Assembly: GCA_040954595.2 (NCBI GenBank)
Contig: JBECUI020000052.1
Span: forward strand, 1-59,818
DNA: 59,818 bases
DNA from: Balanoglossus misakiensis
Taxonomy: Eukaryota > Animalia > Hemichordata
Direction: 5' to 3'
Positions 29,837 through 41,418 of the stretch are shown here, in pieces. Under the pieces are notes generated by a model. The model searched no databases. It saw nothing but the letters and a program-made list of their open reading frames with translations, and had not been told where the DNA came from. The first letter of the stretch is position 1; each line of letters begins with the position of its first letter. A program made the translations under genes and the position numbers.

Positions 29837-30947
29837 GGTAGTGTCAAGAATTTGCGCAATTTTTTAAACACTACCGCCGAAGTAGGAACAGGTCGCTGCC
29901 GAAGTAGGGACAGGTCGCGACCTGTCCCTACTCATTGATGCGTTGATTCCGGACCTGTCCCTACTCTTGAAAGCTAAGGCGTCTTCAACGGATGTTTCCC
30001 GGCGTTTATAACGCTCAATAATTGCTGTTTCAAATGGAAGCCGAAGTAGGGACAGGTCGCGACCTGTCCCTACTCTTGAAAGCTAAGGCGTCTTCAACGG
30101 ATGTTTCCCGGCGTTTATAACGCTCAATAATTGCTGTTTCGAATGGAAGCCGATGTAGGGACAGGTCGCGACCTGTCCCTACTCTTGAAAGCTAAGGCGT
30201 CTTCAACGGATGTTTCCCGGCGTTTATAACGTTCAATAATTGCTGTTTCGAATGGAAGCCGAAGTAGGGACAGGTCGCGACCTGTCCCTACTCTTGAAAG
30301 CTAAGGCGTCTTCAACGGATGTTTCCCGACGTTTATAACGTTCAATAATTGCTGTTTCAAATGGAAGCCGATGTAGGGACAGGTCGCGACCTGTCCCTAC
30401 TCTTGAAAGCTAAGGCGTCTTCAACGGATGTTTCCCGGCGTTTATAACGCTCAATAATTGCTGTTTCGAATGGAAGCCGAAGTAGGGACAGGTCGCGACC
30501 TGTCCCTACTCTTGAAAGCTAAGGCGTCTTCAACGGATGTTTCCCGACGTTTATAACGTTCAATAATTGCTGTTTCAAATGGAAGCCGATGTAGGGACAG
30601 GTCGCGACCTGTCCCTACTCTTGAAAGCAGTGATATCCAACTTCCTGGTGTAATGTCCGGCACGAGTATCTTTTTGTGCATCCGTAGGTTCGTATTTTTC
30701 AGCCTGAAGTAAAAGATCTGCCTCTGCATTGAGCATGGCATTCAAGGTTCCCTCATACGGTTTTTTTAAGCATTTGGCTGCTCTTTAGGAGACCTTCATC
30801 GATCTGTATGATCTTTCCCGTGGGGTCTTTTTCTGACCTCATTTTGTCCTCCGTGTGAATGGTTTTACATTCGATTCCATTTCAACATTGGAGGAGATTT
30901 TTTTTTCAATGCCTTTTTAGAATGTGCGCAATTTTTTAAACACTACC
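29837..30947 (-). mobile_element. Destroyed IS256-family element: terminal IRs plus 5' transposase remnant (~30629-30843), interior replaced by the REP array
   Basis: Ends ggtagtgtcaagaa / ggtagtgtttaaaaa; minus-strand KIIQIDE...TLNAMLNAEAD...DTRAGHYTRKLDITA and LPFETAIIERYKRRETSVEDAL are IS256 N-terminal motifs. Confidence 0.85.
29876..30628. repeat. Tandem array with 109-bp period: 28-bp REP palindrome plus 81-bp IS256-derived spacer
   Basis: GTAGGGACAGGTCGCGACCTGTCCCTAC at 29904, 30046, 30155, 30264, 30373, 30482, 30591; half copies at 29882-29896 and 29952-29964; six near-identical spacers. Confidence 0.97.
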
Positions 30948-31326
30948 CTAACCTGAACCTTCTTTTAAAGGGAGCCCCCTCCTGGACGAGAGTACTCTTA
31001 GCAAAGAGGGTTCTCAGAGACTCCTACCTATCCCCTAAGTATGTTACCCTGCCTTCGTTTTGGGTTTCCTGAACAGCAGTAGAACCCAGATTTAAAGTGG
31101 AAAAGGCCCCTGTTAACCCCCTGGATTACACAACCCAGGGAGTGCACCCTTGTGCTAAGTTCCCTAGCGGTTTTGCCGCGCTGCTGGTAAGCGGCAAACA
31201 AGAGAAGTAAATTCTATACACAAAAGAGTCAGTTCCCGTCTCTGCAGAGACTTCGTAGCCGAAGAGCTATCATACTGAATCTGATCTTCTGAATCCAGGA
31301 AAGAAGGGGAGGAGGAAATGATTGAT

Positions 31327-31357
31327 AAAGAAAGGCCACCCTGAAGGGTGGCCTTTT
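31327..31357 (-). terminator. Rho-independent terminator of eno
   Basis: aaaggccaccc-tgaa-gggtggccttt hairpin with T-rich tails. Confidence 0.85.
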
Positions 31358-31379
31358 AAGGTCTCCAACTCACCTTAAC

Positions 31380-32723
<1,344 letters not shown>

Positions 32724-32904
32724 TTAGGATACCGCTATTTTCAAACTAGGTCAAGCCGGAACTGCCTTTACTCCAATCTTCATTTTAGGAAATAAGAAGT
32801 TCATTCCCAAGGTTTTTAGGGCTTAAAGGGTTAAAAGAACGGCAGACAAACATGATATAAGAACCTGCCTTGACTGCTTTAAAGGAAGTTCCTATTCTGG
32901 ATTT

Positions 32905-33795
32905 ATGGCTCCTTTTAAGCTTACAGAGAGTATCTTACTCCAGGTCATTTATGGCATGGAAAATCAACTGGAAAAATTGCAAATAGACCCTGTAAAGGGT
33001 GAAGTTCGCCCTGCCGCTGATATAAAAACCCAGGCAGGGGGGATTCCCCTGCCTAAATGGGATTCCTCAGAGGGTTTTCAGCTGATGCACCGTTTTACAG
33101 AATCCATGATTAATCCTGTCTTTAGAACCAGACTTGGCAATGTGCTCAATGCTGGATCTGGTGTTTTTCGACGATTTAAGGATGAATTGAAGGAGCTTCC
33201 TGAAGTGGAGAAGCTTTGGCGTCGGTTTAAGTTCTTGGAGATGAGGAAAAAAGCTCTTGTCTGGTTCTCCAATTATCCAGAATCTATTCAGTTTGAAGGG
33301 TCTGAGGAGGCTCCTGAAGATCTGGATGGTCTGGCTTGCACGGACTTTACTGTGGTTCAGGCAGAAAAAAGGTTTTTAGGAACCATTCTTAGCCTGGATG
33401 CTATGGCAATGCAGGAGTCCTGGCCGGAACTTTCCTCTAACGAAAGAAAGACTATTTCCTCTTTTAGTCGTAGAGGACGGGTCCCCGGGGAGGGACAGGA
33501 GATTCTTCTTTCTGCTCTTACTTCTACCGAAGAGATAGGAGGGTTCTGCTGGGCTCCCTGGAATGATGAGCCGCAGGATGGAGGAGTAAGCATTCTCCAG
33601 CTCTATGTCCTCCCCATTTACAGGGGGGTGGGCCTGGGGAAACTCCTCTTGAACAAGTTGCTGGAGGCCCTTAGGGAACGAGGAGTAAACAAGATTAGCG
33701 CAGACATTCCTCCGGGAGGAAACTACATGACCAAGGAACTCAGATCGTGGGGCTTGAAACCTGTGCTTAGTATCTGGCAAAAACAATCTCTTTAA
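32905..33795 (+). CDS. UPF0158-like N-terminal domain plus GNAT acetyltransferase
   Basis: LP.W.S.EGFQLM..F...G.GVFRRFKD.L; C-terminal LYVLPIYRGVGLG. Confidence 0.75.
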   Translation: MAPFKLTESILLQVIYGMENQLEKLQIDPVKGEVRPAADIKTQAGGIPLPKWDSSEGFQLMHRFTESMINPVFRTRLGNVLNAGSGVFRRFKDELKELPEVEKLWRRFKFLEMRKKALVWFSNYPESIQFEGSEEAPEDLDGLACTDFTVVQAEKRFLGTILSLDAMAMQESWPELSSNERKTISSFSRRGRVPGEGQEILLSALTSTEEIGGFCWAPWNDEPQDGGVSILQLYVLPIYRGVGLGKLLLNKLLEALRERGVNKISADIPPGGNYMTKELRSWGLKPVLSIWQKQSL

Positions 33796-33797
33796 AA

Positions 33798-34709
33798 TTA
33801 CTTCTTCAACAATAATTCTTTCTCAGATCGATAGATCGTTTCATATTTTTTGTGCATCTCTTCCAGGTTTCGCATGACTTCATCAACCACATGCTGCTTG
33901 GGATCCTGTCCTTCTGGGGTTGATTCCATGGCCTTTCTACGGAACTCCTGAGAGCTTACGGGATCCGAAAAGCTCAACAGAACAAGATCTTGCTCCGCCC
34001 TGTCCTTGGTCATGTCTCCGTCCCTGGAGTTGTGCAGAATAAAGCCGTTAACAGCCACAAAGCAAAAATAGTCAAAAACTTTTAAGTAGGATTGGATTTC
34101 CCGTACTCCCTTCTTGGAATCGGGAACCCATGAACGATAGCGTGTTCCCGAGGGAAAAACCGTAATGATACGTCCCTGGTTTTTGCGGATAATCAGTTCC
34201 CGCATAGCCGCATGATTGATAGGAATACTCTGCTTCCTTATCTCAGCTAGATGCTTGGAATCGGTGACGGAATCGATGGAACGACTGGGATAAATGACAA
34301 TAGTGTCATAAGAATTGGTAATAAAGGCGGTTACGGGGTCGGTCTCACTGAGCTTCATACCTCGAATAGGCAGAAGGGAGTTTGCCACTTCAGGACCCAA
34401 TAAGGGATCCCACTTGACCATGTGATAAAGAGAAAGATAGTCGGAATTACTGTAATGCTCGACAAGAAGCAGACAAGATTTCCCAGCTTTGCTCTTCTCA
34501 CTTAACGTTGCCAGGGCCTGATTATTACGGATACGGCTTCCTGGCAGCAGATAGTTTCTTGTTAGAGAGGCAATAAGCTGACGGTTTTTTGCATTTCCCT
34601 CTCTATAGACGTTCTTGGGGGAGAGCTTGTAATTCTCAACGAATTCTCCTCCATTCTTTTTCAAAACTTGGTAGAGATCGTAAACAGTCATTCTTAAGAA
34701 TATAATCAA
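33798..34709 (-). CDS. Glycerolipid acyltransferase (PlsC/GPAT family)
   Basis: HxxxxD (EHYSNSD) and FPSGTR motifs. Confidence 0.8.
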   Translation of the reverse strand: MIIFLRMTVYDLYQVLKKNGGEFVENYKLSPKNVYREGNAKNRQLIASLTRNYLLPGSRIRNNQALATLSEKSKAGKSCLLLVEHYSNSDYLSLYHMVKWDPLLGPEVANSLLPIRGMKLSETDPVTAFITNSYDTIVIYPSRSIDSVTDSKHLAEIRKQSIPINHAAMRELIIRKNQGRIITVFPSGTRYRSWVPDSKKGVREIQSYLKVFDYFCFVAVNGFILHNSRDGDMTKDRAEQDLVLLSFSDPVSSQEFRRKAMESTPEGQDPKQHVVDEVMRNLEEMHKKYETIYRSEKELLLKK

Positions 34710-34762
34710 AAATCATATTCTCTGAAACAAACGAGTCAAAAAAAATATTTCAGGAGCTGATT

Positions 34763-35452
34763 TTAGGGGCTGAAGAAAGAAACTTCTTCCCCCCAAGGAC
34801 TGCTGGCCTTACCTATGCTCTTAGGGTCGAGTTTCGGCCTGCCATCCACAATGTAACGGTAGTAAATTACGGTTTTATTAGGAATGTGTACCTCTGTGGA
34901 ATACAGTCCTGGAACTACTTCGGATTCTCGCATTATTGTCAAATAGGGATCCCATTGATTAAAGTTTCCCGTCAGGGAAATCCTTCTTCCTGGAAGTTCT
35001 TTCAAGACAAAGAGATAGCGGGTAGGGGCAAGTTCCCTTACGCCGAAAAGAAGGTCTTCCTGAGGTGGTATAGAGAGCACCGAGACAAGAATCCCCCGGC
35101 TATCGTATCTTTGTTCTGTCAGGGGATCCACTGTCCAGACACCATCAACAATTAACCGATATTGAACTTCACCTTGTATGCTGGGCAAGGGAAGGTTAAG
35201 AACAAAAAGTCCTTGAGGATTCTTTTGAAAAAAATATGGATTCTTATACCCTTGATGGGAGAATGAGACCTTCACAGTCTGAGTTTCGGGTCTGCCTTGA
35301 TAAGTAAAGAGAATCTGATTGTTGAGTATCCTGGGAGGGGCAGGAAGGGAAGCATTGAGCAACTCGTAATGCACATCTTTGTCGAACTCCTGGGCAGAGA
35401 GTGATGGGAGAGCTGCAAAAAAAATTAGTAAAATAAGGAAGTTTAACCTCAT
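34763..35452 (-). CDS. Exported protein with two CBM48/AMPK-like glycogen-binding domains
   Basis: Signal peptide; YRLIVDGVWTVDP and GNFNQWDP...YRYIVDG..LDP. Confidence 0.78.
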   Translation of the reverse strand: MRLNFLILLIFFAALPSLSAQEFDKDVHYELLNASLPAPPRILNNQILFTYQGRPETQTVKVSFSHQGYKNPYFFQKNPQGLFVLNLPLPSIQGEVQYRLIVDGVWTVDPLTEQRYDSRGILVSVLSIPPQEDLLFGVRELAPTRYLFVLKELPGRRISLTGNFNQWDPYLTIMRESEVVPGLYSTEVHIPNKTVIYYRYIVDGRPKLDPKSIGKASSPWGEEVSFFSP

Positions 35453-35532
35453 ATTCCCTATTTATCTCGGTGTAAAACGGCTTTGGCTTGAGTGTTTCAA
35501 GGACAACACCGATAAAGAAGAAGGAAAATTTC

Positions 35533-38500
35533 ATGCCTAGCATTGAGGAAATAAATGTTTTTAAACAACTCTACCGTAACCTTGGGAATGAAGCAGGATT
35601 CTCATGGCACAGGGAAAAATCATTGAGGATATTCTACCTGAGGATCCACTAAGCTCAGAGGGAGAAGGGGAATCTGAAATCGAAGTTCCTCCCCTTTCTC
35701 GGGAAGCTGTGGAACCTTTGGATTTAGCTGTTTCCAGTGAGGTCGAAGGTGAAGAGCCGACTTTCTTAAATGAAATAGGTGAACCTTCTCCGCTTCCTGA
35801 AAAGCCTGAAGAAGAGGACTTAAAGGGTAGAGATGCCGAAAGCGAGGAAGATGATCAGGTTGATCTTGATCTTCCCGGCAGCCGATTGGGAAGTGTTATC
35901 AACGATTTCGGTGCTCCTGATGATCTGGATTGGGGAGAACCCGAAGACTTTCAGTTCCCCGAGACCTCCTCAGAAGAAGACATTGCCGCCGCTGGGGAGT
36001 TCCAGGATGAAGATTTCTCCCCCCCCGAAGTTCCCTTAGAAGAGCAGAGTGCCGCCGCCGCTGGGGAGTTCCAGGATGAAGATTTCCCCCCCCCCGAAGT
36101 TCCCCTAGAAGAGCAGAGTGCCGCCGCCGCTGGAGAATTCCAGGATGAAGATTTCTCCCCCCCCGAAGTTCCCCTAGAAGAGCAGGGTTCAGCCGCCGCT
36201 GGAGAATTCCAGGATGAAGATTTCTCCCCCCCGAAGTTCCCCTAGAAGAGCAGAGTGCCGCCGTCGCTGGGGAGTTCCAGGATGAAGATTTCTCCCCCCC
36301 CGAAGTTCCCCTAGAAGAGCAGAGTGCCGCCGTCGCTGGAGAGTTCCAGGATGAAGATTTCTCCCCCCCCGAAGTTCCCCTAGAAGAGCAGAGTGCCGCC
36401 GCCGCTGGAGAATTCCAGGATGAAGATTTCTCCTCCCCCGAAGTTCCCCTGGGGGGGCAAGGCCCTGCCGATCCATCTCTTACTCTGAAAGAAAAATCCG
36501 ATACTGCCGCTCTAGCCATTGAGGAGGCCTCTTCCTCCGAAGACATCTCGGATTTTTCAGAATTCTCTCTGGAAGATTCTCCTTTAGAGGAATTTTCAAC
36601 CATTGAAGACGATAAAGACGAGTACCTTGCCCAAGGGGAAGCTGAGGAAAGTTTTGAGAGTTCTTCCCTAGGAGACCAGGGAGTCTCTGAAGAAACCGAT
36701 GTCGAAGGGGAGGATTTCTTTTCGGGCAGAGAAGAGGTCCAAGAGGAATCCTTATTCCCCTTGAGTGAAGATGATTTCTTTGCCATTAAAGAAACCTTAT
36801 TGGAGCTGCCTCTCAATTTAAAAATTGCTATCGAGGAATTCCTGGCCGATAAGCGTCAGAGCGCCAAGGTCATGAAATCCCTTATCGATGAGCTGATCTA
36901 CGGAAGTTCTCCCCAAAAACTAGCGAAGCGGTTTTATCAAATAACCCGCCGGAAAATCGAGCTTCCCCGGGGATACAATAAGAGGACAGGTTCTGCCCAC
37001 GAACGTCTAAAAAAAACCTTTCTCTGGAAATTCCTCAATGAGGGCTGGCCCCTTCTCCGGACTACCTTACTGGTTATCCTATTCTTCTGGGGTCTGACCC
37101 TGGGAACCTTTCACTTTCTCTACCGCCCCCTCAGGGCCTTGGAATTTTACAAGGCGGGTATAGGAGCCATTGCTGTTGATGAGATTTCCCGATCCAGGAT
37201 TTTCTTTGACTATGCCTGGTTTGGTTGGCCTTTACCTTTAAGAGAGAGAATCGAAGGAATAGGAGAAATCACAGAGCCTCAGGTTGTTGTTAAGGGTTGG
37301 GCCGATAAGAACTGGCTGCTGCGCTATGCCCGTGAGTACCGTCGACGAAAACACTGGACCGAATCTGAAGAATTTTATCGCTACTATCTTAGGGTCTACC
37401 CTCAGGATAAGATGGTAAGACAGGAACTTGCAGAATTTTTTTCCCGCACTCTCGGGCGTTACGAAGAAGCGGTTTCTGTTGTGCAGGAAGGACTTCAAAG
37501 TCTTCCCCGTGGAACCGATAAGGAGCTTCTGTTGTCTCTTGGAGATATTTATTTCTTCTGGGGAGAAGATGAGCCCAGGCAGTACGAATTTGCCCGATAT
37601 GAGTATGCCAAGGCCCTGGAAATCTACGGTGGTCAAGAAGAAATCATACTTCGCATGTTACGCTACTTTCTTACTATCGGCGATGCCCAGGAAGTGGAAC
37701 TTCTTCTTCCTGCCTTTAGTGCAGAGAGCCCTGGGAAAACCACTGTTCAGGTTCTGGCCGCCGAGGTCTACTCCATTGTGGCGGAGTTCTTCTTAGACAG
37801 AAACGATAGCCTTAGCGCCAAAAGATACATTGACCTGGCCAAGGCAGCTGATCCCTTAATTCCGGATCCTTGGTTTGCCGATGCGCGTTACAGTCGGGGA
37901 GAAGGGAATCTCCCAAGAGAAAGGGTGGCCTATGAGCAGGTGCTGCTTAATCTGGAAAGAAGAGAGTACCTGGAGAGCGATGATTTAAACATGAAAATTC
38001 TTTCCTATGGCGGACTGGGGAGAATCTTAGCAGAGGAATTGGAACGGCAAAGAAACCTGGGGACAGGAACGCTTTTGCTAGAGAAAGAACTTCTCCTCCA
38101 ATCTCGTCGATTCTATTCAAGGGCCATAAAACTTTATGAAGACGCCGTGAGCCGCAACATTTTGGGAACCTCTCCCGCCCATGCCGCTCTTTATACTGAG
38201 TTTGGTGATTCCTTCTACGCAGAATCAGCCATGACCTCCTTTCTGACCTTGGGACCGCAAGACTTCCCGGTAAGTCTTATTCCTGAGGATTCCCGGAATG
38301 ATATGTCCATGGCCTTATATTTTTATCAGAAGGCAGCAACGCTCTATGGAGTGAACAGACTTCCAGCAATCACCCGTTACCGGCAGGCCTATGCTGCTTA
38401 TGCTCTGAATAGGTATGAGAACCAGGAAGATGTTTTGAAAAATCTTTACCAGGTACTACGCGAACTACCTGAAGATAAGGAAGTCTCTTATGCTCTAGCC

Positions 38501-39001
38501 ACTGTTTTGCTGCTTAGAGGGGATTACGAGGCAGCCGAAAGTTATTACCAGAAGACCCTGGGGCTTTTAGACCGAACCCTTCAGTTCTCCGGGGCCGGCG
38601 TAGGGGGAAATCTCACCGGGAGTGTGCTGTATCAGGAACTGCTCCCTAGGTACGTGGTCACTTGGAACAATCTTGGAGTGGCCAGGGCCAAGGCGGCAGC
38701 CAGAATGAAGGGCGATCCTTCTTTTGCCGCTGCCCTTGGGGCCTTTACCCAGTCCTCAGATTATCTGACTCAGATTCCTGGAGAATTGAGAGACAGCAAT
38801 GGCCTAAGAATCATAGCAAACTTCGCTGGACGTCGTTCCCTTCTGGAAAAGACTACCGTCCCCTATCTGAACCGGCAGTTTCTTCTGTCTTTCCCGGAAG
38901 GAAGCTTCAGTTACCAGTCTGGAGACGAGCTACTTACCATGGAAGATTATATGATTTATCAGGACATCCCTAACAATATTCAGGATTCCCGGACCTACTA
39001 G
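35533..39001 (+). CDS. flcA: Periplasmic flagellar collar protein FlcA (acidic N-terminus, TM, TPR), split by two 1-base frameshifts (~35597, ~36230)
   Basis: MPSIEEINVFK..Y.NLGNE start; LSEDDF..IKETLLELPLNLKIAIEE motif, TM helix and TPRs; frames join after restoring two bases. Confidence 0.75.
35985..36450 (+). repeat. 69-bp coding tandem repeat, about 7 copies (AAAGEFQDEDFSPPEVPLEEQSA)
   Basis: Units start at 35991, 36060, 36129, 36198, 36266, 36335, 36404; most carry a C8 or longer run and the fourth has C7. Confidence 0.95.
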
Positions 39002-40077
39002 ACTTCCACCATCCAGTTGTTAGGATCTTCTCCAACTCCATATTGAATGCTTTTAAGTTCTTTTAAGAGGGAGAGGGAAAGAGAATTTTTTTCGAGGCTT
39101 GAAAAATTACGGGTCCTGTCAAGGTGGGTCAGGGAATTCAGGGGGGTAATTCCTGCAGCGGTACCAGTAAGAAAACTTTCCTTCCCCTGTTCCAACACCT
39201 CTGTAATGGCCAAGTCTCTTACCTCAATCCTAACCCCACGATCCTCAGCCAGCTTCATCACCGAAGATCTGGTAATGCCCGGTAGAATAGTATCTCCCAA
39301 TTTTGGGGTTACCAGGGTATCGTTCTTCATGAGACAGAAGAAGTTGGCCGATGAGCCTTCTTCAATGTAATTGTTATTGACGGCATCCAGGAAGATGGCC
39401 TCCATGTAGCCCTCCCTGGCGGCTTCCTCTCTGGCCAATATGGAAGTAACATAGTTAGCTGCACATTTGATCCATCCGATGCCCTTATGCGTGGCCCGTA
39501 TCCTCTTGGTGGTAATGGCAGCGTTACTTCCAGGGGTAAAATAGGCTGTTACCAAGGTGTTTACAGTGACCACCCAGGGGGCTAGGCTTATGTTCACCCC
39601 AATGCCTGGTTCTGCATAGGTAAAAGGACGAATGTACACGGCATGGGCATTGGTCCATAAATCTTCCCAGGCAGGATCGTAGCTCACGCTGAACCCAGCA
39701 TCACGATTTCTTCTTACCGTTCCGAGTATTCCCTCTACCAGAAGCTCCTCATCGATGGGAGGCATCATCAAGCCTTTCATGGACTTGGCCATTCTGGCCG
39801 CATTGGAATGGGGGCGGAATACCTTCAGACCCCCCTTCTTTTGAGGGAAGGCCTTGAGTCCTTCAAAACAGCCAAGACCATATTGATTGGTATAATTGAC
39901 CAGGGGAAGTTCGGGGAAGCTATTACGCTGAGTCTCTAGGGCAAGTCGCTGGTCTTCCGGCAGGGATTGCTCTTCTTCATAAGTTTTATGAACTTTCTCT
40001 ATGTAGTACCCATTCCAACACTCATCTTTGTATTTGGCTATGTGAACCCAGGGATGGAGGGAGAGCTGAAAACTCAT
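38998..40077 (-). CDS. ilvE: Branched-chain amino acid aminotransferase
   Basis: YGLGCFEGLKA, KCAANY, EEGSSANFF, ILPGITR, GTAAGITP. Confidence 0.93.
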   Translation of the reverse strand: MSFQLSLHPWVHIAKYKDECWNGYYIEKVHKTYEEEQSLPEDQRLALETQRNSFPELPLVNYTNQYGLGCFEGLKAFPQKKGGLKVFRPHSNAARMAKSMKGLMMPPIDEELLVEGILGTVRRNRDAGFSVSYDPAWEDLWTNAHAVYIRPFTYAEPGIGVNISLAPWVVTVNTLVTAYFTPGSNAAITTKRIRATHKGIGWIKCAANYVTSILAREEAAREGYMEAIFLDAVNNNYIEEGSSANFFCLMKNDTLVTPKLGDTILPGITRSSVMKLAEDRGVRIEVRDLAITEVLEQGKESFLTGTAAGITPLNSLTHLDRTRNFSSLEKNSLSLSLLKELKSIQYGVGEDPNNWMVEV

Positions 40078-40178
40078 TGGTGTATACTCCGCTTAGATTA
40101 GAAATTAATTAAATATTAGTCTATTATAGAATTCCTTTAGATAATCGTCGAGTCTTATTTATTTTTTAGGAGGTTCTC

Positions 40179-41236
40179 TTGGTAAATCATGTGGTAATTA
40201 TGGCTGGTGGAGTCGGAAAACGGCTTTGGCCAGCCTCTTGGGGAAACAAACCCAAGCAATTTCTGGAAATCGAAGGGGAGAGGTCCCTTCTCCAGGTCAG
40301 TCTCGAAAGGGCCCTTTCCTGGGGGTATCGGGAAAAATTCTTATTGTTACCCACCAAGATCAAGCTTCTGCCGTCCGAGAAGCCTGTTTTTCCCTTAAGC
40401 CCCGAGATAAGGAAAAAATAGTGATTCTTGGAGAACCTATGGGACAAAACACCGCTCCGGCCCTGGCCCTGGCCTCAGCATGGCTATCCTTGACTGAATC
40501 CTCCAAGGACCTGCTTCTGGTAATGCCGGCTGACCATATAATCAAATCTTCTAAGGCCTTTATTCAAACGGTGGAACAGGCTTCTATAGAAGGGAAAAAA
40601 GGCTGTATTGTGTTATTTGGCATGCCTCCTCAAGGCCCCGAAACGGGATACGGTTATTTGGAAGCCGGCAACTGGGAAGGGAAGGGTAGAGAAGTAAAAT
40701 CCTTTCGCGAAAAACCAGATAGAAGCACCGCCGAAGCCTATGTGAAGGCGGGAAATTATTTCTGGAACTCCGGTATGTTCGTATATGGAATTGAGGTCTT
40801 CCATAACGAATTACAAACTCATGTAACTGCCCTGGCCCCGTTCTTAGATCCATCGGAAAATTGGTTTGAGTCTCCCGCTGAGATCCTGCCTGAATTGAGG
40901 TTTCCTACAAAAAAACTGCAGACAATTTATAAAAACTGCCCAAACATTTCTGTAGATTATGCGATTATGGAGCGAAGCCAACATATCCGCATGGTAGAGG
41001 GCCGCTTTGATTGGAATGATGTGGGCAGCTGGGACGTTATTGCCAATTTGGATCTTCCGCCCCGGGCTCCTGTCTATCAGAAGGAAGCCAAAAGAAACTT
41101 TGTGTATGCCGATTGTCCCGTGGCCCTTTGCGGAGTGGAAGATCTGATTGTGGTCGTGGCCAACTCCCGTGTGCTGGTCTGCAAAAAGGGAAGCAGCCAG
41201 TACGTAAAGGAGGCCACCGAAGAAGATCTTCAATAA
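40179..41236 (+). CDS. manC: Mannose-1-phosphate guanylyltransferase, frameshift at ~40320
   Basis: MAGGVGKRLWPAS..KPKQF in the first frame; EP.GQNTAPA, PADH, FREKPD, WNSGMF, SVDYAIME, WNDVGSW in the second. Confidence 0.88.
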
Positions 41237-41418
41237 ACACATATAATTCTGCTATAGGGAAAAACAGAGAAATTACCCGGTATTCGTCTCGAGGCATTTC
41301 TTTGCCTGATTAGCCAATGGCTTTGCTCCATGCTCAGAGGCTCTGACGAACCCATACAGAACCGCCTAAGGACAAGGTATGAGGCGAGAAATAATTCTGT
41401 TCAGAAATGCCCTATCCT

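Noticed and set aside
29932-29951. 20-bp insert as another IS256 transposase piece (RNQRIN)
   Set aside because: Too short to distinguish from chance.
29876-30628. Canonical CRISPR array
   Set aside because: Spacers are 81 bp and nearly identical, the repeat is a perfect GTAG...CTAC REP-type palindrome, and no cas genes or leader are present.
30451-30741. 96-aa ORF as a real gene
   Set aside because: It is a chimera of out-of-frame IS256 sequence, REP sequence and one spacer.
35899-36816. 305-aa Ser-rich minus-strand ORF
   Set aside because: Antisense shadow of the acidic flcA repeat region.
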